DNA of 64,000 nucleotides from positions 480,001-544,000 of the forward strand of contig CAVPPB010000003.1 of the NCBI GenBank assembly GCA_963707215.1, read 5' to 3'. Positions 20,256-29,463 of this stretch are shown here, piece by piece. The translations under genes and the position numbers were made by a program. Source of the stretch: an uncultured Chloroflexia bacterium. Lineage in GTDB: Bacteria > Chloroflexota > Limnocylindria > Limnocylindrales > CSP1-4. The notes under the pieces are model-generated. The model did not search any database. It was given only the letters and a program-made list of their open reading frames with translations, and had not been told where the DNA came from. Position 1 is the first letter of the stretch, and each line of letters opens with the position of its first letter.

Positions 20256-21701
20256 TCAGGCCTCGGTGTTGATCATGACGTTCTTGACGAACGTGTAGTC
20301 CTCCAGAGCGTACATCGAGCCGTCCTTGCCCCAGCCCGACTCCTTGACGCCGCCGTGCGGGGTCTCGGAGGTCAGGGTGAAGTGCTCGTTGATCCAGACC
20401 GTGCCGAACTCGAGCGCCTTGGCGACCCGCATGGCCCGGCCGATGCTGCCGGTGAAGAGCGAGGAGGCCAGGCCGAACTTCACGTCGTTGGCCCACGCGA
20501 CGGCCTGCTCCTCGTCGGAGAAGCGCTGGACCGTGACGACCGGTCCGAAGACCTCGTCCTGGATGATCTCGGAGCCCTGGTCGGGACCGGCGATGAGCGT
20601 CGGCTCGTAGTACGCACCGACCCTGGCCGGTCGCTTGCCGCCCACGACGAGCTCGACGCCGGGGGCCTCGACGGCACGCCCGACCATGCCCTCGACCTTG
20701 TCGGCCTGGGCCCCGGCGATGAGCGAGCCCATGTCGAGCTCCTCGCTCTCGGCCGGGTCGCCCCACTTGATCGAGCGGACCTGATCGGCGAGCTTGTCGA
20801 CGAACGCGTCGTAGACCTTTGGGCCGGCGATGACGCGGCAGGCGGCCGTGCAGTCCTGGCCCGAGTTCCAGAACCCGGCCGACTTGATGGTCTCGGCCGC
20901 GAGGTCGAGGTCCGCGTCGTCGAAGATGATGACCGGCGCCTTGCCGCCGAGCTCCAGGTGGAGCCGCTTCACGGTGTCCGAGGCGAGGCGGGCCACGTGC
21001 TTGCCGGTCACGGTGTCGCCGGTGATCGAGATCATCCGGACCTTCGGGTGGGTGATCAGGAAGTCGCCCATCTCCGCGCCGGCGCCGGACAGGACGTTGA
21101 GGACGCCCGGCGGCAGGAACTCGGCCGCGATCTCGGCGAAGGCCAGGGCCGTCAGCGGGGTCCGGGCCGACGGCTTGAGGACCACCGTGTTCCCCGTCGC
21201 GAGGGCCGGCCCGAGCTTCCAGGCCGCCATGTACATCGGGTAGTTCCACGGGGCGATCGAGGCGACCACGCCGATCGGGTCGCGCCGGAACAGCGAGGTG
21301 TGGCCGGCCAGGTACTCCGTGACGGCCTTACCCTCCATCTGGCGGCAGGCCCCGGCGAAGAAGCGGAACAGGTCGACGCAGACCGCCATCTCGTCGATCG
21401 CGTAGGCGGTCACCTTGCCGGCGTTGCGGCTCTCGAGCTGGCCGAGCTCCTCGCCCTTCGCCTCGAGGGCGTCGGCGATCTTCAGGAGGGTCAGGCTGCG
21501 GTCCTGCGGAGTCGACTTGCCCCAGGTCTCGAAGGCCTTCGCAGCAGCCTCGACCGCCCGGTCGACATCCTCGGCGCCACTCTTGGGCACCCGGGCGATG
21601 ACCTGGTCCTGGGCCGGATTGACGACGTCGAGCGTCTCCCCGCTCGCGCTGGCGACGAACTCGCCGCCGATGAACTGCTTGTACTCGATGACGTCCGTCA
21701 C
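20256..21701 (-). CDS. gamma-aminobutyraldehyde (aminoaldehyde) dehydrogenase, PatD-like
   Basis: EYLAGHTSLFRRDPIGVVASIAPWNYP, LELGGKAP, NSGQDCTAACR, EVFGPV and ETPHGGVKESGWGKD. Confidence 0.85.
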   Translation of the reverse strand: MTDVIEYKQFIGGEFVASASGETLDVVNPAQDQVIARVPKSGAEDVDRAVEAAAKAFETWGKSTPQDRSLTLLKIADALEAKGEELGQLESRNAGKVTAYAIDEMAVCVDLFRFFAGACRQMEGKAVTEYLAGHTSLFRRDPIGVVASIAPWNYPMYMAAWKLGPALATGNTVVLKPSARTPLTALAFAEIAAEFLPPGVLNVLSGAGAEMGDFLITHPKVRMISITGDTVTGKHVARLASDTVKRLHLELGGKAPVIIFDDADLDLAAETIKSAGFWNSGQDCTAACRVIAGPKVYDAFVDKLADQVRSIKWGDPAESEELDMGSLIAGAQADKVEGMVGRAVEAPGVELVVGGKRPARVGAYYEPTLIAGPDQGSEIIQDEVFGPVVTVQRFSDEEQAVAWANDVKFGLASSLFTGSIGRAMRVAKALEFGTVWINEHFTLTSETPHGGVKESGWGKDGSMYALEDYTFVKNVMINTEA

Positions 21702-21792
21702 TGCGGATGTCCTCCTCTGGTCTCGTCCGAGGGACTGGTGGCGGGCATTGTGCGCCCCCCGGCCGGTGCGGGGGAAGCCCGACGCGACCGAC

Positions 21793-21854
21793 GCGACGCG
21801 CGGGTCGAGCTCCGCTCTAGGCGACGCGCGGGTCGAGCTTCGCTCTAGGCGACG
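21793..21854. repeat. 28-bp tandem duplication (2 copies plus a partial) spanning the glycosyltransferase stop codon
   Basis: GCGACGCGCGGGTCGAGCT(C/T)CGCTCTAG at 21793 and 21821, with GCGACG at 21849. Confidence 0.85.
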
Positions 21855-23158
21855 ATCGGCTCGCCGGTCAGCGCCAGCCGCTCGATCAGGCCGGCTGCCT
21901 TGACCGTCCCCGGATCGGCCTGGAGGCGCGCCGAGATCGCCCGCAGTCGGGCCGCCATGGCCGCGTCGCCGACCAACCGGTCGATGGCCCCGGTGAGCTG
22001 ATCGTCCTCGAAGGCGTACGTCGGCAGCCGGACCCCGAAGCCGAGCTCGTCGACCCGCTGGGCGTTGTCGTACTGGTCCCAGAACAGCGGCAGCACGATC
22101 ATCGGCTTGCCGAAGTGGAGGGCCTCGGTCGTCGTGTTGTTGCCGCCGTGGGTGATGACCAGGTCGACCAGCGGCAGGATCGTCGGCTGAGGCAGGAACT
22201 CGGCCCCCACCATGTTGTCAGCCAGCTCGAAGAGGTCGTGCTGGGGGCCCTTGCTGACGATGTAGCGGTGCGAGGTCCGGCCCAGCACGTCGACGAGCCG
22301 CTTCATCAGGTCCACGTCGGCGGAGCCGAGCGATCCCAGCGACAGGTAGATGAGCGCGCCCGGACCGTCGCGGTGGTGCTCCGGGATGTCCCAGTGGGCC
22401 TCGGTACCGCGCACGGCCGAGTCCAGGCGATGCCACGTGGGAGCCAGCGGCTCGCGGCGGGCGTAGTCGGCCTCCGCCGGGTAGAGGTACAGGTTCAGGT
22501 AGTCCGAGGCGTTGATGAACTCGGGCCCGAGCGGGCCGGTGGGCAGCCCCGGCGTGCCGGCCTCGCGAGCGAAGGCGTCGAAGTCCGCCCACATCTCGCC
22601 GTGGCTGCGAGCGTACTCGGCCCGGAAGTCGTCCCAGCCGGCCCGGTCGCCGGCCGCGTAGCCAGAGAAGACGGGCGGCACGTCGGCGTCCAGGATCTCG
22701 GCCGGGTTGCAGCTGACGATCCTGGCCCAGGGCACCCCGGCCGTCATCGTGGCCGGGAAGCAGACGACGTTGTCCTCGACGATGACGTCGGGCCGGACCT
22801 CGTCGAAGATCTCCTTGAGCCGCGGCTCCACGTACTTCGCGCCGTCGATCAGCGCCTGCCAGGTGGGCTGGATGAACGTGGTGAGCTGCTCGATGGTCGG
22901 CTTGCGGAACTCCGGCGCCGTGTCCCGGATGAAGTCCTTCCAGAACTGACCGGGGACCTCGGGCTCCTCGGGGGGCGGTCCCAGGCGCATGAGACGCTCC
23001 TCGAAGCCGTAGGCCTCGAGCCGCCCAGCGAACGATTCCTCGACGATGAAGACGACCCGGTGGCCCCGCTGGCGGAGCACGTCGCCGATGCCGACGCAGT
23101 TGTTCGTCGGGCCGTAGGCACCCTCGGGGAAGAACACGATCGTCCGGCGCTCGGTCAC
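21845..23158 (-). CDS. GT1 (UDP-glycosyltransferase/MGT-like) glycosyltransferase
   Basis: YLSLGSLG, EFLPQ..IL..VDLVITHGGNNTTTEAL and LPLFWDQYDNAQR (UGT box); GTG start at 23158. Confidence 0.85.
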   Translation of the reverse strand: MTERRTIVFFPEGAYGPTNNCVGIGDVLRQRGHRVVFIVEESFAGRLEAYGFEERLMRLGPPPEEPEVPGQFWKDFIRDTAPEFRKPTIEQLTTFIQPTWQALIDGAKYVEPRLKEIFDEVRPDVIVEDNVVCFPATMTAGVPWARIVSCNPAEILDADVPPVFSGYAAGDRAGWDDFRAEYARSHGEMWADFDAFAREAGTPGLPTGPLGPEFINASDYLNLYLYPAEADYARREPLAPTWHRLDSAVRGTEAHWDIPEHHRDGPGALIYLSLGSLGSADVDLMKRLVDVLGRTSHRYIVSKGPQHDLFELADNMVGAEFLPQPTILPLVDLVITHGGNNTTTEALHFGKPMIVLPLFWDQYDNAQRVDELGFGVRLPTYAFEDDQLTGAIDRLVGDAAMAARLRAISARLQADPGTVKAAGLIERLALTGEPIVA

Positions 23159-23299
23159 GGGACCCCTCCGTCTCGTCCGGCCGCATCCGGCTGCGGCGTC
23201 CTGCAACGGTCAGGGTAGCGCGGCGTCAGACTGGAGGACGGCTGGAGGCCACCGGGAGATGACCCGGTCGCCAGGGCCGTCGCTCGAAAGGAGGCCGAC

Positions 23300-23953
23300 G
23301 TGGGATCGGCCCCGGCCGGGCCTGGCCAGGCCCCTGATCCGAGCGGGGTCAGCGGGCTCGCTCTCGGCCGCGTGGACTCGCGTGTGGGCGCCTGGCTCAT
23401 CGACAGCGAGATCGTGGGCCTCGTCACCATGGTCCCGTGGGTGGCATTGGCCGGCCTCCTGGACCCCGCCGCCACGACGGTGTACCTGGGCCTGACCTTC
23501 ACGGCTGCGAGCTTCGTCTACTTCGTCCTGTTCTGGACGTCCGACCGGCGCGCGACCCCCGGTATGCGCTTCTTCCGCCTCCGGATCGGCCACGCCTTCG
23601 ACGGGGCCGTCCTCGCGCCGTCGCTGGCGGCCCGGCGCTGGCTGGCGCTCGGCGGACCGATCCCGCTCCTCTACGGCCTCCCGGGCCTCGCCTGGGCGGC
23701 CTGGGTCGCTGTCCTCGCGTGGGGGACGGTGCTGCTGGTCGCCACGGCGCGGAGCCCCGCCCGCCAGGGACCCCACGATCGGATCGCTGGCTCGGTCATC
23801 GTCGGTCCCGCGGGCTGGACCCGCAGCCCCTTCGCCTGTCTCGTCGTCCTCCTGCTGATGGTCGCCCTCCCTGTCCTCGTCCTGCTGGCCGCGGCCCTGC
23901 TCTTCGCGTCTCTCCAGGGGCTCGTCCCAGGGATCGGCGAGGCGGTCGGGTAG
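23300..23953 (+). CDS. RDD family membrane protein
   Basis: R.GAWLID, ATPGMRFFRLRI and RQGPHDRIAGSVIV. Confidence 0.8.
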   Translation: MGSAPAGPGQAPDPSGVSGLALGRVDSRVGAWLIDSEIVGLVTMVPWVALAGLLDPAATTVYLGLTFTAASFVYFVLFWTSDRRATPGMRFFRLRIGHAFDGAVLAPSLAARRWLALGGPIPLLYGLPGLAWAAWVAVLAWGTVLLVATARSPARQGPHDRIAGSVIVGPAGWTRSPFACLVVLLLMVALPVLVLLAAALLFASLQGLVPGIGEAVG

Positions 23954-24006
23954 GGCCTGGCCCCCCTTGCCACACCCACACCTCGTGGACTCGACCTCGC
24001 GGGCCC

Positions 24007-24852
24007 TTAGCGACCGGCGCGTCGGGCCGCCCTGTGCCACGGGATGACCAGCCGCTCAGCCAAGCCGACGGCCGCGAACAGCCCCACCGAGACGACCGCC
24101 GTCAGCAGGATGGCGGCGAACACCAGGTCCGTGCGGAAGGCGTTCTGACTCACCTGCATCCAGATGCCCAGTCCCTCGATCGCTCCCACGTACTCGCCGA
24201 AGACGGCCCCGATGACCGCGTACGGCACGGCGATCCGGAGCCCGGTGAAGAGCCCCGGCAGGGCGGCCGGCCAGCGGAGCAGGCGGAGCTCCTGACGGCG
24301 GCTCGCTCCCAGGGTGCGCATGAGGTCGCTGGCGTCGGCCGGGGTCGCGGCGAAGGCGTCCAGCAGCGAGACGACGATCGGGAAGAACGAGACCAGGACG
24401 ATCACCACGACCTTGGGGGCCAGCCCGAAGCCGAACCAGACGACCAGGAGTGGAGCGATCGCCACGATCGGGATCGTCTGCGATCCGACGAGGAGCGGAT
24501 AGACCGCCCGCCTGACGGCTGCCACCCGATCCATGGCCAGGGCGGCCGCCACGGCGAGGACCAGGGCGACCGCGAAGCCGACGAGCGCCTCGGTCAGGGT
24601 GACCGCGGCGTGGCGCAGCGCCGTGTCCCGGAAGTCCCAGAGCGCCCCCAGGATCCGCGACGGCGCCGGAAGCACGATCGGGCTGACCCCGCTGACGGCG
24701 ACCCCGATCTCCCATGCCACGAGCAGCACCCCGACGAGCGCGACCGCGGGCAGCAGCCGCACCCAGCCCGTGCCGGCTCCGGACCCACCGGGGTCCTCGG
24801 CGCCAGGGTCCGGCTGGTCGTCGGGTGGCCCGGGGGGCGTCGGTGGCGTCAC
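24007..24852 (-). CDS. ABC transporter permease (NitT/TauT family, ThiX-like)
   Basis: LPAPSRI, SQTIPIVAIAPLLVVWFGFG..PK, LMRTLGASR and P.LFTGLRI; GTG overlaps the binding-protein stop. Confidence 0.85.
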   Translation of the reverse strand: MTPPTPPGPPDDQPDPGAEDPGGSGAGTGWVRLLPAVALVGVLLVAWEIGVAVSGVSPIVLPAPSRILGALWDFRDTALRHAAVTLTEALVGFAVALVLAVAAALAMDRVAAVRRAVYPLLVGSQTIPIVAIAPLLVVWFGFGLAPKVVVIVLVSFFPIVVSLLDAFAATPADASDLMRTLGASRRQELRLLRWPAALPGLFTGLRIAVPYAVIGAVFGEYVGAIEGLGIWMQVSQNAFRTDLVFAAILLTAVVSVGLFAAVGLAERLVIPWHRAARRAGR

Positions 24853-25928
24853 GGCCGCTCCGGCAGGAATGCGTCGGTGAACAGGGCGTCGGGATCGGGC
24901 GCCTCGGCCAGCGGCCGGCCATCCGGCCCGGTCAGAAGGTCCTCCTCGAACAGGAAGGTCGTGTACGCCGCCCACATCTCGGCGGTCTGGGTGCCGACCC
25001 GTCCATCGGCGTCGGCAAGATAGCCGCCCTCCACGAGGAAGACCTGGCTGGCGAGCGGAAGGCCGGGGTCGGCCTCGAACACGCCCTGGTTCTCGGCGAT
25101 GAGGTCCGCGACCGAAGCCTCCGGGTCCTCGATGGCCGCCTCGTAGCCACGCTCGGTCGCCTCGACGAAGCGGCTGGCCACGTCCGGCTCCTCGTCGAGC
25201 CAGCGGGCGTCGCAGGCGATGACGACCTGGTAGAACTCGGGGACGCCGTGGTCGCTGAAGCGGAAGGTCCGCAGCTCGATCCCCCGTCGCTCGGCCTCGA
25301 CGCCCTCCCAGGCGCTGAAGCTGATCGAGAAGTCCGCACGGCCGGCGTACAGCGCCTCGTAGGCCGCGCTGTCGAGGGTCACGGTCGTGAACTCCCCCAC
25401 CCCGCCGTCGGCCCGGATCATCGCCCGAAGGGTCGGCTCCTCGTTGGGGTAGCCGAAGCCCGCGTAGACCCGACCGTCGAGGTCGCGGGGCCGCTCGATG
25501 TCGCCCGATGCGAGCACGGCGACCTCCGAAGCGGTCCGCTGGAGCACGGCCATGACCGAGACCACTGGCGCACCGGCTGCGGCCGCGAACGTCAGCGCGT
25601 CCTGGAAGCTGATGCCGCACTCCGCCTGACCTGCGGTCATCAACGCCTCGGGCGTGGTCCCCGTGTAGGGAAGGATCTCGAGGTCGATGCGTGCCACGTC
25701 GTACCAACCCCGGGCCAGGGCGACGTACAGGCCGGTGTGGTTGGTGTTGGGGGTCCAGTCGAGGGCGAAGCGCACGGTCGCCGGCGCCTCGGGGGGTGCC
25801 GAGGACGCGGGCGTGGCGCTCGGGGTCGCGCCCGTGCCGCAGCCGGCGACGAGGGCGACGATCAGGGCGGCCGACATCGCCCCCGGGCGACCGGAGCGGG
25901 TCGGGCTGGCGACGGGTGGATGCAGCAT
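24849..25928 (-). CDS. NMT1/THI5-family substrate-binding lipoprotein (ThiY-like)
   Basis: Lipobox LVAGC, ALDWTPNTNHTGLYVA and GISFQ; lies downstream of a TPP riboswitch; start uncertain. Confidence 0.85.
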   Translation of the reverse strand: MLHPPVASPTRSGRPGAMSAALIVALVAGCGTGATPSATPASSAPPEAPATVRFALDWTPNTNHTGLYVALARGWYDVARIDLEILPYTGTTPEALMTAGQAECGISFQDALTFAAAAGAPVVSVMAVLQRTASEVAVLASGDIERPRDLDGRVYAGFGYPNEEPTLRAMIRADGGVGEFTTVTLDSAAYEALYAGRADFSISFSAWEGVEAERRGIELRTFRFSDHGVPEFYQVVIACDARWLDEEPDVASRFVEATERGYEAAIEDPEASVADLIAENQGVFEADPGLPLASQVFLVEGGYLADADGRVGTQTAEMWAAYTTFLFEEDLLTGPDGRPLAEAPDPDALFTDAFLPERP

Positions 25929-25989
25929 GACGACTCTCTCGAGATAGCGACGCCGCCCCGGGTCCCGGGACGGCGGTCGAGTCATGCTG

Positions 25990-26085
25990 GCCTGCTCCCT
26001 ACGCCGGTACGAACCGGATCAGGTTGGCGGGTCTGTGGCGGGGCCACACTCTCAGCGCGTCGTCGCGCTCCCCGGAGGCGGTATT
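25990..26085 (-). ncRNA. TPP riboswitch
   Basis: Minus strand reads GGGGAGC..GCTGAGA..GACCC.CAACCTGATCCGGTTCGTACCGGCGTAGGGA, the canonical THI-box elements; boundaries approximate. Confidence 0.92.
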
Positions 26086-26101
26086 CGGTTGTCCTTCGAT
26101 T

Positions 26102-27020
26102 CTACACCGGCCCGGCGGAGGGTTCGACGAGCACAGTCTCCGCGCGTGATCCGTTGGCCAGGGGCACCGGGCGGCCGGAGACGGCCCGGCCGCCAGCCGG
26201 TCCCCCACCCAGGCGACCAGGTCGGCGACGATCTGCCGGCCCGTCCGGCTCGTTGAGGCTCTCGTGGCGCAGGCCCGGGAGCACCCGCCGGGTCACCCCA
26301 TCGAGCCGTCCCAGCGCTTCGGTCGAGGTGACCGGCACGACGGGGTCCGTCCGAGCCGTGGATGACCAGGGTCGGCATCGGCATCCGCTCCAGCGTCGCG
26401 AGCCGCTCGCTCACCCGTCGCTGGGCATCGAAGCCGATCCGGGCGAGGTGGACCGTCCCGGCCTGACGGATGAGCGGGTCGGCGGCGTCAGCGGCCGCCT
26501 GGGCCGGGTCGCACGAGACATCCTGCGGGCGGATCCCGGACGGCAGGCGCAGCCGCGGCAGCAGTGGATCGAGCCATGGCGCCGCCCGATGCTTCCAGGG
26601 AGCAAGGCTGTCCGCGAGGCTCGGGGCGGACAGGATCAGCAGATCGCTCGTCGGGCGTCCGCTGGTGGCCTGGTCGAGGGCGATGAGGCCGCCCATCGAA
26701 TGGCCCAGCATCACGACCGGGCGATCGCCCGCGGCGGCGCGCAGTCGCTCCAAGGCCTCGTCGACGTCGTCGAGGAGGCTCTCCCAGCGCTCGATGTGGC
26801 AGGGGGTCCCACCCGAAGCACCGAAACCGCGATGGTCCCAGCCGTGGACGTGGATCCCGGCGGCGGCGAGGATCGAGCCGGTTCGCTCGTAGCGGCCGCT
26901 GTGCTCGCCCAGCCCATGGACCAGCAGCATCCCGGCCCAGGGCGGCGCCGACGGCGCCCAGGCACGGGTCCGCAGGGTGATCCCGTCGCGGGAGGTGACC
27001 GAACCGATCTCCGATGGCAT
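26102..27020 (-). CDS. alpha/beta hydrolase (lysophospholipase/monoacylglycerol lipase type) with two apparent 3' frameshifts
   Basis: LVHGLGEHSGRY, DHRGFGAS, GHSMGG and LVIHGSD, then in another frame PVTSTE...LRHESLNEP; 3' end uncertain. Confidence 0.75.
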
Positions 27021-27076
27021 CCTTCGCCTCGCATGCCGGCCGCGCGGCCGTCGGCGGCATCGTAGCGGAGCGGACG

Positions 27077-27883
27077 ATGGTGGACTGGCTCGAGGTCGGC
27101 GACCGGGTCTTCGTCCGGCGCTACCGCTTCTACGACCAGGGGATCGGGGCGATCCTGTCCGAGGCCGGTGTCGCGATCGTCGACACCCGGACGACGCCGG
27201 CGCAGGCCCGCGAGGTCCTGGCCGACCTGCGGACGCTGACCGACCTGCCCGTCACGGTCGTCATCGACACCCACCACCACCACGACCACGCTTTCGGAAA
27301 CTCGGTCTTCCGGCCGGCGGTCATCTGGGGCCACGCTCGCTGCGCGACCCGCCTGATCGAGACGGCCGCGGCCCAGATCCGATCGGTGAGCGAGGAGATC
27401 CCCGGGCTGGCCGAGGAGCTCCGCGACATCGTCGTCGACCCGCCCGACCGGACCTTCGAAGAGACCGCCTACGTCGACCTCGGCGGGCGGCGGCTGGAGC
27501 TCCGCTACCTGGGCCGCGGGCACACTGACGACGACATCGTCGTGCTCGTCCCCGACGCCGGGGTGCTCTTCGCCGGTGACCTCCTCGAGAACGGGGCCCC
27601 GCCGTGGTTCGGGGACGGCTACCCGCTCGACTGGCCGGAGACCGCCAGCCGGCTGCTGGACCTGGTCCACGGGCCGGTCGTGCCGGGTCACGGCGACGTC
27701 GGCGACCGCTCGTTCGTCGAGGACCAGCTGGCAGCCTTCCTCGCGGTAGCCGAGGCGGGCCGACGCGTCCACCGGGGCGAGGTCGGCCTGGACGACGCGG
27801 TCGCCGCGGGACCGTTCGGGCCGGCGGCCTCTCGCGAGCCGATCGAGCGGGCGGTCGCCCAGCTGCGGGGCGAGCTCGACTGA
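27077..27883 (+). CDS. MBL-fold metallo-hydrolase
   Basis: THHHHDHAFGN, GRGHTDDD, LFAGDL and VVPGHG. Confidence 0.88.
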   Translation: MVDWLEVGDRVFVRRYRFYDQGIGAILSEAGVAIVDTRTTPAQAREVLADLRTLTDLPVTVVIDTHHHHDHAFGNSVFRPAVIWGHARCATRLIETAAAQIRSVSEEIPGLAEELRDIVVDPPDRTFEETAYVDLGGRRLELRYLGRGHTDDDIVVLVPDAGVLFAGDLLENGAPPWFGDGYPLDWPETASRLLDLVHGPVVPGHGDVGDRSFVEDQLAAFLAVAEAGRRVHRGEVGLDDAVAAGPFGPAASREPIERAVAQLRGELD

Positions 27884-27945
27884 GGGCGGGTCCCCGTGGA
27901 CCCGGTGGCGGCGCTCGTGGCCGGGGCGCTGCGGAGCGACCTGGA

Positions 27946-28950
27946 CTAGCCGCCGACCCGGACCACCCAGCGACCCCTGGCATCGCCGGCGACGATCGCA
28001 TCGAGCGCCGGTTCGACCGTGTCGAGGGACACCTCGGTCACATCCTGGCCCAGGGCCCGCGGGCGCAGATCGTCGCCCAGCCTCGCCCAGAGCGCGCGTC
28101 GCGTCTCGATCGGCATGGCTACCGAGTCCATCCCCAGGAGCCCGACGCCGCGGAGGATGAACGGCAGGACCGTCGTCGAGAAGGCAGCCCCGCCGGCGTT
28201 GCCGCAGGCCGCGACCGCGGCTCCGGGCGCCAGGGTCCGCAGGATGTACGGCATCGTCGGTGCGCCGACCGCGTCGATGGCCCCGGCCCAGCGCCCCGAC
28301 TCCAGCGGTCGGGCGCTCTCGGCGGTCACCTCCTCGCGGGTCAGGATGCCGGCAGCCCCCAGCTCGCGGAGCCGGTCGGCCTCGTCCGCCTTGCCGGTCG
28401 CCGCCCAGACCTCGTAGCCCAGCGGCGTCAGGATCGCGACCGCCGAGCGACCCACGCCACCGGCGGCGCCGGTCACGAGCACCGGACCCGCGGCCGGCGT
28501 CAGCCCACGTCCCTCGAGCGCGGCGACGCCCATCGCTGCCGTGAACCCGGCCGTGCCGATCGCCATGGCCTCGCGGGCCGAGAGGCCGTCCGGCAGCGGC
28601 ACGGCCCAGCCGGCCGGGATCCGCTGGTACTCGCCGTAGCCGCCGTGCCGCGACACGCCGAGCTCGTAGCCGTTGGCGAGGACCTCCGAGCCGACGGGGA
28701 AGGTCGGGTCGGCCGAGCCGACCACCTCGCCGGCCAGGTCGATCCCGGGGATGAGCGGGCTGATCCGGGCGACCTTGCCGTCGAAGCGGGTCGCCAGGCC
28801 GTCCTTGAAGTTGACCCCGGACCAGGCGACCCGGACCTCGACCTCGCCGTCGGGCAGGTCGGCCGGTGACAGCGTCCGGAGGCCCCGCTCGACCCGGTCC
28901 TCGAGGCGCTCGGCGACGTAGGCGCGGAAGGTCTCGGGGATGGCGCTCAT
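27946..28950 (-). CDS. acuI: acrylyl-CoA reductase AcuI/YhdH family MDR oxidoreductase
   Basis: [43 protein letters not shown] and [18 protein letters not shown]. Confidence 0.85.
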   Translation of the reverse strand: MSAIPETFRAYVAERLEDRVERGLRTLSPADLPDGEVEVRVAWSGVNFKDGLATRFDGKVARISPLIPGIDLAGEVVGSADPTFPVGSEVLANGYELGVSRHGGYGEYQRIPAGWAVPLPDGLSAREAMAIGTAGFTAAMGVAALEGRGLTPAAGPVLVTGAAGGVGRSAVAILTPLGYEVWAATGKADEADRLRELGAAGILTREEVTAESARPLESGRWAGAIDAVGAPTMPYILRTLAPGAAVAACGNAGGAAFSTTVLPFILRGVGLLGMDSVAMPIETRRALWARLGDDLRPRALGQDVTEVSLDTVEPALDAIVAGDARGRWVVRVGG

Positions 28951-29378
28951 GGTCGCTCCTCCTGCGCGGCCAGGATCTCGGCCCGGCGCGAGTGCTCCTT
29001 CGGGATGACGGTCGTCCCGACCGCCCGGCAGGTGACGACGGGCTCGGCGAGGACGTCGGCGGCCGATGGTGACAGGTCATAGCGGCTGGCGATGACCTTG
29101 CGAGCCTCGAACTCGACCGTCCGGCTGGTGTTGCCGATGCGGACGATCCGGCCGGTCACCTCCAGGAAGTCGCCGGCGTGGACCGGCGCCAGGAACTCGA
29201 TCCGGTCGTAGCCGACGAAGAGGCCTTCGTCGCCGTCGGTGACGATCGCCAGCTCGGTGATGACGTCCCCGAAGAGCTCGAGGGTCCGGGCCCCGGCCAC
29301 CAGGTTCCCGCCGTAGTGGACGTCCTCCTGGCCCATCCGGACCCGCAATGTCGCGGTGATCGGCTCCTCGTTCGTCAT
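28947..29378 (-). CDS. kal: hotdog-fold beta-aminoacyl-CoA ammonia-lyase (Kal / beta-alanyl-CoA ammonia-lyase family)
   Basis: RVRM..ED.HYGGNLV.GAR.L.LFGDV.TEL....DGDEGLF..YD..EFLAPV.AGD...GNTSR...FEARKVI matches the Kal family as I recall it. Confidence 0.85.
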   Translation of the reverse strand: MTNEEPITATLRVRMGQEDVHYGGNLVAGARTLELFGDVITELAIVTDGDEGLFVGYDRIEFLAPVHAGDFLEVTGRIVRIGNTSRTVEFEARKVIASRYDLSPSAADVLAEPVVTCRAVGTTVIPKEHSRRAEILAAQEERP

Positions 29379-29463
29379 CGTCGTCCCTCCTGGCCGGTCC
29401 ATCCGGCTCGATCGTGCGCCGGCAGAGCCGGTCCCGGTGTCATCTTCGAGCGGGCCGCCGCGA

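Noticed and set aside
21793-21854. Possible CRISPR repeat (28 bp)
   Set aside because: The copies are directly adjacent with no spacers, and there are no cas genes in the window.
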